Below are positions 9,145 to 18,202 of a stretch of DNA of 20,493 nucleotides, piece after piece. How positions within the stretch are numbered: the stretch's first letter is position 1; the number at the start of each line of letters is the position of its first letter. This DNA comes from an uncultured Gemmatimonadaceae bacterium (GTDB taxonomy: Bacteria; Gemmatimonadota; Gemmatimonadetes; Gemmatimonadales; Gemmatimonadaceae), in the NCBI GenBank assembly GCA_963822945.1, contig CAWGJO010000023.1:1-20493 (forward strand), in the 5' to 3' direction. Below the pieces are notes generated by a model. That model made no database searches. It was not told the DNA's origin and saw nothing but the letters and a program-made list of their open reading frames with translations. A program made the translations under genes and the position numbers.

Positions 9145-10617
9145 ATGACGACAGACGCTCAGGCGCAGGCGCGGACGAAGGGCTTCACGACCCTCTTCCT
9201 CGTCGAGCTGTGGGAGCGGTTCGGCTACTACGGCATGACGGCGGTGGTGGTGCTGTTCATGGTGCAGCAGCTTGGCTACACCGACGACCGCGCGAATCTC
9301 ACATTCGGCGCGTTCGCCGCGCTCGCCTACACCGTCCCCGCCATCGGCGGCTGGATCGGCGACAAGATCCTCGGCAGCCGTCGCACGCTGGTCCTCGGCG
9401 CGCTGGTGCTCGCCCTCGGATACATCGGGCTCTCGATCCCGAATCACCCCGAATTGCTCTTCCCCGCGTTGGCCCTGGTCGCGGTGGGCGGCGGCATCTT
9501 CAAGGCGAACCCCGCCAACATGATCTCCAAACTCTACGAGGGCGACCCGGCCAAGCTCGACAGCGCGTTCACGATGTACTACATGGCGGTCAACATCGGA
9601 TCGGCCGTCTCGCAGATCGCCACGCCGCTCATCGCCATCAAGGTCGGCTGGCACGCGGCATTCGCGGTGTGTGCGGGCGGCCTCGTCGTCGGCATCCTCA
9701 ACTACTTCGCCATGAGCCGGTATCTCCGGCACGTCGGTTCGGCGCCAGACTTCCAGCCCCTCAACGTGAAGCGCCTGCTCGTGGTTCTCGTCGGGATCGC
9801 CATCGGCGTGGTGCTGGTGTCGTACATCATCCAGAACCGCACCGTGGCGCGGGCCACCGTCTTGCTCGGGTTCCTGACCATGCTCGCCATCTTCGGGGTC
9901 ATGGGAAGCAAAGGGAGCGAGCGCGAGCGGAAGGGGCTCATTTCCGTGTTGATCCTGACGGGGCTCGGCATGCTGTTCTTCATCTTCTATCAGCAGATGT
10001 CCACGTCGCTCACGCTCTTCTCGCTCCGCAACGTCGAGCTCAACCTGTTCGGATACCAGGTGCCCGCGGGACAGGTCCAGGCGCTGAATCCACTCTGGAT
10101 CTTCATCCTCAGCCCGGGGCTGGCCTGGCTCTACAACAGCCTGGGCCGGGGCGAGGGCGGCGACTTCCATATCTCCACCAAGTTCGCCATGGGATTCGCC
10201 GTGTTGGCGCTCGGCTTCTTCATCTACGGCTTCAGCGGCCATTTTGCCGTGGCCGGCAAGGTCTCGTTCTGGTTCATGATCGTCGGGTACGCCTTCCAGT
10301 CGCTGGGAGAACTCCTCATCAGCGGACTGGGTCTCGCCATGGTCGCGCGCTACGTCGGCCCATCGCTCCGCGGGTTCCTCATGGGCGTCTGGTTCCTGGC
10401 TACCGGAATCTCGCAGTACCTGGGCAGCTACGTCGCCACGTACGCCAGCGTGCCGCAGAGCGTGACGAGTCCCGTGGACTCGCTGCCGCTGTACACGAAC
10501 CTGTTCCTGAAGCTGGGCATCGTGGCCGTGATCGGCACCGTGATCGCCACCGCGCTGATCCCGCTGATGAAGAAGCTGTCGGTGGTGACCGAAGGGCCAT
10601 GGGAGGAGGCCGCGTAG
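9145..10617 (+). CDS. POT/PTR-family proton-dependent di-/tripeptide transporter (MFS), DtpA/TppB-like, 490 aa
   Basis: ELWERFGYYG (ExxERFxYY motif), GGWIGDKILGSRR, FTMYYMAVNIGS (PTR2 signature) and GELLISGLGL. Many TM helices. GAGGA Shine-Dalgarno at 9133-9137. Confidence 0.95.
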   Translation: MTTDAQAQARTKGFTTLFLVELWERFGYYGMTAVVVLFMVQQLGYTDDRANLTFGAFAALAYTVPAIGGWIGDKILGSRRTLVLGALVLALGYIGLSIPNHPELLFPALALVAVGGGIFKANPANMISKLYEGDPAKLDSAFTMYYMAVNIGSAVSQIATPLIAIKVGWHAAFAVCAGGLVVGILNYFAMSRYLRHVGSAPDFQPLNVKRLLVVLVGIAIGVVLVSYIIQNRTVARATVLLGFLTMLAIFGVMGSKGSERERKGLISVLILTGLGMLFFIFYQQMSTSLTLFSLRNVELNLFGYQVPAGQVQALNPLWIFILSPGLAWLYNSLGRGEGGDFHISTKFAMGFAVLALGFFIYGFSGHFAVAGKVSFWFMIVGYAFQSLGELLISGLGLAMVARYVGPSLRGFLMGVWFLATGISQYLGSYVATYASVPQSVTSPVDSLPLYTNLFLKLGIVAVIGTVIATALIPLMKKLSVVTEGPWEEAA

Positions 10618-13274
10618 TGGCTGACGCGCCGTCCCGTTTGGCCGCCGCCCTGGCCGACCGCTACCGCATCGAGCGCGAGCTCGGGGAGGGCGGGATGGCG
10701 ACCGTCTATCTCGCGCGCGATCTGAAGCACGACCGCCAGGTCGCCATCAAGGTCTTGCGCCCGGAACTCGCCGCCGTGATCGGCGCCGAGCGCTTCCTGG
10801 CCGAGATCCGGACGACGGCGAATCTGCAGCACCCGCATATTCTGCCGCTGCACGATTCGGGCGAGGTGGACGGCACGGTCTTCTACGTGATGCCGTTCGT
10901 GGAGGGCGAATCGCTCCGCGACCGGCTGGACCGGGAGCACCAACTCCCCGTGTCTGACGCCGTTCGCATGGCCATCGAGGTGGCCGGCGCGCTGGACTAC
11001 GCGCACCGGCACGGCGTCATCCATCGCGACATCAAGCCCGAGAACATCCTGCTGCACGACGGCCAGTCGCTGGTGGCCGACTTCGGGATCGCGCTCGCCG
11101 TGAGTCGCGCCGACGGTAGCACGCGGATGACTGAAACCGGCATGTCGCTGGGCACGCCGCACTATATGAGTCCCGAACAGGCGATGGGCGAGCGTGAGAT
11201 CACCGCGCGCTCCGACGTCTACGCGCTGGGCTGCGTCTTATACGAGATGCTGCTCGGCGAGCCGCCGTTCACGGGCCCCACCCCGCAGGCGATCATCGCC
11301 CGCGTGGTGACCGAGGATCCGCGCAGTCTCATGGCCCAACGAAAGACGATTCCGCCGGGCGTCGAGGCGGCGGTGCACACGGCCTTGCAAAAGCTTCCAG
11401 CCGACCGGTTCGCGACGGCGGCCGAGTTCGCCGAGGCGCTGCAGCATCCAGAGCGCGCGCCGGCGGGAGCGAGGGCGCCTACGAGCGCCCCGACAAAGGT
11501 ACCCCGCTGGATGTGGGGCGTGGTTGCCGCGGCCGCCGCCATCGGCGTCGTCGCCGGCGGGATGCGACATGCCCCCGCGAGCGCGGACCCGGGCGTCATT
11601 CGAGCGACGTTCCGGCTCGGAGACAGCGTTCTGATTCGCGCCATCCAGAACGAACTGCTCGCCATCTCACCAGACGGGCGTCGTGTCGCGTTCGTCGGCA
11701 TGGCGTCGGGGGTGACGACGACGTCTCTCTGGATTCGCAACCTGAACGAACCGCGGGCGCGGATGATCGCCGGCACGGGGACCCCCGGGGCCCCGTTCTT
11801 CTCGCCCGATGGGCGAGCCATCGGGTTCACCCACCGTGGCGGCATCATGGTCACGTCCGTTGAGGGAGGAACCGTGCGAACCGTCGTCGACACAGGGAGC
11901 ACGGGCTTCGGCGCTTCGTGGGCCGACGATGGTTACATCTACTTCGCGAACACGGCCTACGGACTCTCGCGGGTGCCGGCCGCCGGCGGGGCTGTGGAAG
12001 TCGTGAGCCACCCCGACTCGGCGAGCAAGGATCTGGTGCAGGACTTTCCCGATGTGCTCCCCGGGGCCCGGTTCGCGATCGTCGGCATCTGGAGGGGCAA
12101 CGTCGCCACGGCGAAGATCGGCGTCGTCGATCTCCGGACTGGGAAGGAGACCGCGATAGCCGACGGAGCATACGCGCGCTACGTCGCTCCGGGCTACCTC
12201 GCCATCGGCACGACGAATGGCGATCTCCTCACCGCTCCCTTCGACCCGGCACGAGGTGTGCTCACCGGACCGCCGGTGCTCGCCGTGTCCGATGTCGATC
12301 ACGATATCGCCAGCGGCACGGTGCAATTTGCGGTGTCCGCCGCCGGCACTCTGATCTACACCAATGGGGACGCGAAGAACTCCCGTCTGGTGTGGAGGGA
12401 TCGTGGCGGCGGTGAGGCGGTGATCGACTCGGTGCACGCGGGCGTGCTGACCACGGTCGCCCTTTCGCCCGACGGCACCCGGGCGGCCCTTTCGAGAACG
12501 GAGTCCGGCGGCAGCAGCGTCTGGATCGAGCAGTTCGGCACGGGAGCGCTGACCAGACTCAGCGTCAACGAAGCCGACGCGGATCGCGCGGTCTGGACCC
12601 CCGACGGCAGGAGCGTTGCCTATCTGGCAACGCGGGACGGCCATCGCAGGGTCTGGGTCCGCCGCGCCGACGCGAGCGACACGGCCCGGGCCCTGTCACC
12701 CGCCGGCCTCGACCTCGACGAAGTGTCGTTCGATCCTCAGCGGCGGTACATCCTCTACCGCACCTTCGGCACGGGGCCGGGCAGTCGGCACCTCCTGATC
12801 GCGCGCGCCGGCGCCGACAGTGTCCTGCGACCGTTCTTGAGTTCCAACGTCGATCACTATGCGATGACCTTTTCCTCCGATGGGAACTGGCTGGCATATG
12901 TCTCCGAGTCGTCCGGGCACCCCGAGGTTGTTGTGCGGCCATTCCCCAACGCCGATTCGGCGCGGTTCACGGTGTCGGTGAACGGCGGCGTGGAACCGGT
13001 GTGGCGCCGCGACGGGAAGGAACTCTTCTACCGCAGCCCGCGCGGGGAAACGTTCGTCGTGCCGACGACCATCGGCCGCACGTTCACCCACGGCGTTCCG
13101 AAGCAGCTCCTGGAGTCTACGGGGGGTGTGCTGGGGCCGTACTTCCGCGACTACGACGTGAGTGCCGACGGCCGCCGATTCCTGATGGTGGCTGGCGGCG
13201 ACAATGGCACGCGCGAAATCTCGCTCGTCGTCAACTGGCGACAGGAATTGGAACAGCTGGGCCGGAAACCGTAA
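10617..13274 (+). CDS. Membrane-anchored Ser/Thr protein kinase with beta-propeller ectodomain (K3, 885 aa, GTG start)
   Basis: GTG 10617 shares its G with the transporter TAG, and GGAGGAGG sits at 10602-10609. The start (M)ADAPSRLAAALADRY matches the paralogs. Motifs HRDIKPEN, DFG, GTPHYMSPEQ. TM WMWGVVAAAAAIGVVAGG. SPDG repeats. Confidence 0.93.
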   Translation: MADAPSRLAAALADRYRIERELGEGGMATVYLARDLKHDRQVAIKVLRPELAAVIGAERFLAEIRTTANLQHPHILPLHDSGEVDGTVFYVMPFVEGESLRDRLDREHQLPVSDAVRMAIEVAGALDYAHRHGVIHRDIKPENILLHDGQSLVADFGIALAVSRADGSTRMTETGMSLGTPHYMSPEQAMGEREITARSDVYALGCVLYEMLLGEPPFTGPTPQAIIARVVTEDPRSLMAQRKTIPPGVEAAVHTALQKLPADRFATAAEFAEALQHPERAPAGARAPTSAPTKVPRWMWGVVAAAAAIGVVAGGMRHAPASADPGVIRATFRLGDSVLIRAIQNELLAISPDGRRVAFVGMASGVTTTSLWIRNLNEPRARMIAGTGTPGAPFFSPDGRAIGFTHRGGIMVTSVEGGTVRTVVDTGSTGFGASWADDGYIYFANTAYGLSRVPAAGGAVEVVSHPDSASKDLVQDFPDVLPGARFAIVGIWRGNVATAKIGVVDLRTGKETAIADGAYARYVAPGYLAIGTTNGDLLTAPFDPARGVLTGPPVLAVSDVDHDIASGTVQFAVSAAGTLIYTNGDAKNSRLVWRDRGGGEAVIDSVHAGVLTTVALSPDGTRAALSRTESGGSSVWIEQFGTGALTRLSVNEADADRAVWTPDGRSVAYLATRDGHRRVWVRRADASDTARALSPAGLDLDEVSFDPQRRYILYRTFGTGPGSRHLLIARAGADSVLRPFLSSNVDHYAMTFSSDGNWLAYVSESSGHPEVVVRPFPNADSARFTVSVNGGVEPVWRRDGKELFYRSPRGETFVVPTTIGRTFTHGVPKQLLESTGGVLGPYFRDYDVSADGRRFLMVAGGDNGTREISLVVNWRQELEQLGRKP

Positions 13275-13287
13275 CGGGAACCCAACT

Positions 13288-15390
13288 ATGAGCATCGTGA
13301 GACTCACCGCACTCGCGGTCGCCGTCAGCATCGCCGCCGCTCCCACGGCTTCCGCCCAGGGCGCCGCGAAACCCGACACCACGGCCGCCGACACCGCCGG
13401 CCCGCACACCACGTTTCGCCTCACCGACCTGCGCGCCCTCGTGCAGGTGGGCAGTCCGGAGATCAGCCCCGACGGCAAGGAGATCGCGATCGTCGTCAGC
13501 CGGTGGGACTGGAAGGAGGACAAGTCGCGCCGTCAGATCGACCTGGTGAACGTGGCCGACGGCTCCAGCCGCCCACTCACCTACGAGCGCGACGGCGTCG
13601 GCTCGCCCAAGTGGTCGCCCTCGGGCGACCGGCTGGCCTTCGTGGCGCCGGACACCTCCAAGAAAGGGCAGATCTGGGTGCTGAGCATGAAGGGCGGCGA
13701 CCCGATCCGCCTCACCGAGTCCAAAACCGGCGTGTCGTCGTACTCGTGGAGCCCCGACGGGCGCACGATCGCCTACGTCGCGCAGGACACCGTGCCCGAC
13801 CCCAAGGCCATCAAGCACCACGAAGACGCGTTCCAGATCACGCTCAACAACTATCAGGCGCGCGCCGCGGTGCAGCCCTGGCATCTCTGGATGATTTCCG
13901 CGAACGGCGGCAAGGCCAGGCGCCTCACCGCCGGCCGCTGGAGTCTGCAGACCGAACCCGGTGGGGCGGCACCGCCCGCCTGGAGCCGCGACGGGAAATC
14001 CCTCATCGTCGTCCGCCATCCGGGCGTGTGGTTCGGCAACGCCTACCGCTCCACGCTCGTGCGCGTGGACACCGCCGCCAAGGCGGACTCGATGCCGCCG
14101 CTGGCCGTGGGGACGCCCGACACGGCGCGGGTACGCGTCGGCACCACCGGCGATACGCTGCTCGCCGGCGAGGGCGCCGGCAACCCCGAGTTCGCGCACG
14201 ACGGTGCGGCGCTCGCCTTCCGCCGCGCCCGCGGTGGCGACATGAACAACGGGAATGCGGTGTACGTGGAACAGAACGGAACGCTGCGCGACGTCACGGC
14301 CGACATGGCGCGCGACATCGGCGCCTTCGCCTGGCTGCCCGGCGGACGGTCGTTCCTGCTCACCGGACCGCTCGGCGCGCGCACGGCCATGTGGGTCAAG
14401 CCGGTCGACCGCGCGGCGCGCCTGGTCGACCTCGGCGCCGTGCAGCCCTCGGGCGCGGTAAGTGTCTCGGACAGTGGTGCCGTGGCGTTCATCGGACGCA
14501 CCACCGGCCAGCCGGGCCAGCTCTACTACATGGCGTCGCCGAGTGCGACGCCGAAGCAGCTCACGCATTTCAACGTCTTTCTCGACTCGCTGCACCTGGG
14601 CCGTGTGGACACGGTGGCGTGGAACGGGCCGGACGGATTCCGCGAGGACGGCGTGCTCACCTATCCCCCCGACTACGAGTCGGGAACCAAACTCCCGCTC
14701 GTGCTCGTCGTGCACGGAGGGCCGGGGAGCGCGTCCACGGGCATCTTCTCTCCGCTGCCACAACTCCTCGCCGCACGCGGGTACCTGGTGTTCGAGCCGA
14801 ACTACCGCGGCAGCACCAACCTCGGCGACCGCTACCAGCACGCCATCTATCGCAACACCGGTGACGGGCCCGGCAAGGACGTGATGGCCGGGCTGGCCGC
14901 AGTGGAGAAGCTGGGCGTGGTGGACACCAGCCGCATCGGTGTTTCGGGCTGGTCGTACGGCGGCTACATGACCACCTGGCTCACCGGCCACTACCATCCG
15001 TGGAAGGCGGCGGTGGCCGGCGCCGCGCTCACCGACTGGGTCATGGACTACACCATCGCCTTCTATCAGGACGGCGACCTGTACTTCTTCGGCGGCTCGC
15101 CGTGGACCAAGGAGTACTGGGACATCTGGCGTGAGCAGTCGCCCATCACCTACGCGCGCAACGTCACGGCGCCCACGCTCGTCATGGGCGACATCGGCGA
15201 TCCCAACGTGCCCATCGTGAACAGCCTCGAGTGGTACCATGCCATCCGGGACAACGGCGTGGAGACCGAGTTCTGGTCGTATCCGGCCGACACGCATTTC
15301 CCCGGCGACATCGTGCGTCAGACCGACGTCTACCGGCGCTGGATCGACTGGCTGGACCGGTATCTGAAGCCGGGTGAGGGCAAGAAGTAG
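13288..15390 (+). CDS. Secreted S9-family serine peptidase (acylaminoacyl/dipeptidyl-peptidase-like, 700 aa)
   Basis: Signal peptide MSIVRLTALAVAVSIAAAPTASA-Q. N-terminal PD40 propeller (ISPDGK, WSPSGD, WSPDGR). Motifs VHGGP, PNYRGS and nucleophile GWSYGG, with Asp (DPNV) and His (DTHFP) completing the triad. Confidence 0.95.
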   Translation: MSIVRLTALAVAVSIAAAPTASAQGAAKPDTTAADTAGPHTTFRLTDLRALVQVGSPEISPDGKEIAIVVSRWDWKEDKSRRQIDLVNVADGSSRPLTYERDGVGSPKWSPSGDRLAFVAPDTSKKGQIWVLSMKGGDPIRLTESKTGVSSYSWSPDGRTIAYVAQDTVPDPKAIKHHEDAFQITLNNYQARAAVQPWHLWMISANGGKARRLTAGRWSLQTEPGGAAPPAWSRDGKSLIVVRHPGVWFGNAYRSTLVRVDTAAKADSMPPLAVGTPDTARVRVGTTGDTLLAGEGAGNPEFAHDGAALAFRRARGGDMNNGNAVYVEQNGTLRDVTADMARDIGAFAWLPGGRSFLLTGPLGARTAMWVKPVDRAARLVDLGAVQPSGAVSVSDSGAVAFIGRTTGQPGQLYYMASPSATPKQLTHFNVFLDSLHLGRVDTVAWNGPDGFREDGVLTYPPDYESGTKLPLVLVVHGGPGSASTGIFSPLPQLLAARGYLVFEPNYRGSTNLGDRYQHAIYRNTGDGPGKDVMAGLAAVEKLGVVDTSRIGVSGWSYGGYMTTWLTGHYHPWKAAVAGAALTDWVMDYTIAFYQDGDLYFFGGSPWTKEYWDIWREQSPITYARNVTAPTLVMGDIGDPNVPIVNSLEWYHAIRDNGVETEFWSYPADTHFPGDIVRQTDVYRRWIDWLDRYLKPGEGKK

Positions 15391-15447
15391 TGCGCTATTC
15401 CGATTGTGGCGCTGGTTATCGGCGCTGGGGGGCCGCATCTTTGTCGC

Positions 15448-18150
15448 ATGGCTGACGCCGTCGCCCGCCTTTCTGCCGCCCTCGCCGACCGCTACCGCAT
15501 CGAGCGCGAGCTCGGCGCAGGGCGGGATGGCCACCGTGTATCTCGCCGAGGACCTCAAGCACGACCGCAAGGTCGCGATCAAGGTCCTCAAGCCCGAACT
15601 GGCCGCGGTGCTCGGCGCCGAGCGGTTCGTGCAGGAGATCAAGACCACCGCGGCGCTGAGCACCCGCACATCCTGCCGCTCTTCGACTCGGGCGTGGCCG
15701 ACGGCCTGCTGTACTACGTGATGCCCTACATCGAGGGCGAGACGCTGCGCGAGAAGCTGAACCGCGAGACGCAGCTCGGCGTGGACGAGGCGGTGAAGAT
15801 CACCACCGAGATCGCCGACGCGCTGGACTACGCGCACCGGCACGGGGTGATCCACCGCGACATCAAGCCCGAGAACATTCTGCTGCACGACGGGCGGCCG
15901 ATGGTGATGGACTTCGGCATCGCGCTGGCGGTGAGCGCGGCGGCCGGCGGGCGGATGACCGAGACCGGCCTGTCGCTCGGCACGCCGCACTACATGAGCC
16001 CCGAGCAGGCGACGGCGGACAAGGAGATCACGGGACGCAGCGACGTGTACTCGCTGGCCAGGGTGCTGTACGAGATGCTGGCCGGCGAGCCGCCGCACAC
16101 CGGGAGTTCGGCGCAGCAGATCATCATGAAGATCGTGACGGAGGAGGCGGCGCCGGTCACGCGGCTGCGGAAGAGCTGTGCCGGCGAATGTGACGGCGGC
16201 ACTGGCCAAGGCGCTGGAGAAGCTGCCCGCCGACCGGTTCGAGAGCGCGAAGGCGTTTGCGGACGCGCTGGCCGATCCGCACTTCTCGACGGCGGCCGTG
16301 GCCGCCGGTGTGGGTGTGCCCGCCGACGCACGTCGGTGGAGGTCCCTGGCGCTCGGTGCCGGCGCGCTCGGCGCGGTCCTGCTCGTCGCGGCCCTATGGG
16401 GATGGCTGCGGCCGCGTCCGGCGGCGGCCGCCCCGCCCGAACTGCAGATGTACGTGCAGGGCGATTCCAGCTTCTCCGTCACCAACGACTGCTGCGGGCC
16501 GTCGGTCGCCGTTTCGGCCGATGGCCAACGCATCGTCTTCATCGCGCAGACGGGCGACACCACGATGCTGTACCGGCGGGATCTCGGCGACGCCGATGCC
16601 CATCCGGTTCCCGGAACGGGAAATGGCGTGACCCCGTTCCTGTCCCCCGACGGGCGCTGGCTGGGGTTCCTGCGTCAGGGAATGCTGATGAAGGTGGACG
16701 TGACCAACGGCGGCGCGCCCATGAGCATCGGCTCCGCCGGCGCGCCAAAGGTGCGGGGCGCGTCGTGGGGCGATGATGGGTACGTGTACTTCACGCCGGA
16801 CGTCGACGGACCGCAACCCATCTACCGGGTGAGCGCCGACGGCGGCGACCCGACGGTATACTCGCGTCCCGATACGGCGGCCGAGACGGGCGCACCGTCC
16901 ACGCGTGCTGCCCGGCAGCCACGTGCTGCTCTACGCCACTGCCCCGAAGAACGGTGGCGACGCCGATGCGTGGGTGGTTGCACTCGACATGGATCGCGGC
17001 GTCGCGCATCGCCTGACACCGGGATTTCAGCCGTACTACTCCAGCAACGGGTATCTCACGTACGCCCTGGCCGACGGCTCCCTCATGGCCCGCCGATTCG
17101 ACCCGAAGACGTTCGCGCTCAGCGGGTCCCCCATCCGCCTCAGCGATCGCACGCTCACCCACAACTACTCCGAAGCCGAATACGCAGTTGCGAACGACGG
17201 CACCATGGTGATCCGGGCCCTCGGCGCGCAGCAGAGCCAGCTCCGCCTGTATTCGATGCAGGGGCAGCTCGTCCGCACCATTCCGGGCAATGTCGCGCGG
17301 CACTCGCCGCGATTCTCACCCGACGGGCACCGCATCGCGTACACCCAGGGGGACTACAACCGTGCCGGTACGTACGAGGACGTGTGGGTCTACGACCTCA
17401 CGTCGGGCGTGGACACGCGGCTGTCCGATGCCGGCAACGCGCTCGACCCGATCTGGTCCGCCGACGGACGCAACGTACGCTGGCTGGACGATCGGAATGG
17501 CGTCCGTCGGCTGATGAGCCGCCCCGCGGACCAGAGCGCGCCGGCGGCGCCGTTCGGCGACACGACGTTCGCCGGGGTCCAGCGCCATAATGTCGGCCAG
17601 AGCGTCCGCCTCGGATTCCCGTCCGACCGCGGCGCCCTCATCCCGCTTTCCGTCGACGGTCCGGACGGAAAGTCCACCGACATATGGGTCATGAACGCCG
17701 ACGGCACGCACGCCCATCCGTTCCTCCAGACCTCGGCCCACGCCAAGTTCCCGGCCGTGTCGCCGTCCGGCAAGTGGCTGGCGTACGAGTCGGACGAGAC
17801 GGGGCGCAGCGAGATCTACGTCGAGCCCTTCCCCACCGGTGGTCCCCGCTATCGCGTCACGACCGCCGGCGGCTACTACCCGGTGTGGGCGACGGACACG
17901 ACCCTCATATACGAGAACGAAAACTACGAAGCCGTGATCGCGAGCGTGCGGTTCGCAAATGGCGATGTGCGGGCTGGGGCGCCGAGGGCGATCGTTGGCT
18001 CGGTGTTTGACCAGATCGTTTCGTCGCGGTCGGTCGACGTGAGCCCCGACGGCAAGACGCTGGCGGTCAATCGCCATGCCCGCGGTATCCCGCCTGCTGG
18101 TGGAGACGAATCGTCTGCAGCACCTCGGGGGCGCCGACCGGCAGCCCTAG
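15448..18150 (+). CDS. Membrane-anchored Ser/Thr kinase with beta-propeller ectodomain (K4, ~900 aa), with ~5 frameshifts (probably sequence errors)
   Basis: Starts MADAVARLSAALADRY. Frame changes near 15517, 15660, 16177, 16895 and 18069 restore a continuous protein with all kinase motifs, TM LALGAGALGAVLLVAALWGWL, SPDG repeats and tail IAMPAVSRLLVETNRLQHLGGADRQP* (TAG 18148-18150). Confidence 0.85.
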
Positions 18151-18202
18151 GTGTGACCGGACTGGCCGTTGGCCCCGCCGTCGCACCATCTTCTACCTCA
18201 CC

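Noticed and set aside
8658..10616. N-terminal 653 aa of the 1538-aa ORF, suggesting a giant kinase fusion
   Set aside because: It overlaps the POT gene out of frame and is Arg/Gly/Pro-rich noise, apart from a short frameshifted DUF481 piece. The kinase has its own Shine-Dalgarno and GTG at 10617, matching the paralog N-termini.
15398..15428. GGCGCTGG direct repeat and a TTCCGAT also found upstream of K2
   Set aside because: Short and GC-rich, with inconsistent spacing to the CATCTT element; cannot be told apart from chance.
13231..16563. Long minus-strand ORFs (1110 aa here; also 1384-3363, 3315-5261 and others)
   Set aside because: Antisense shadows of G/C-ending codon usage in the real + strand genes, with no recognisable motifs.
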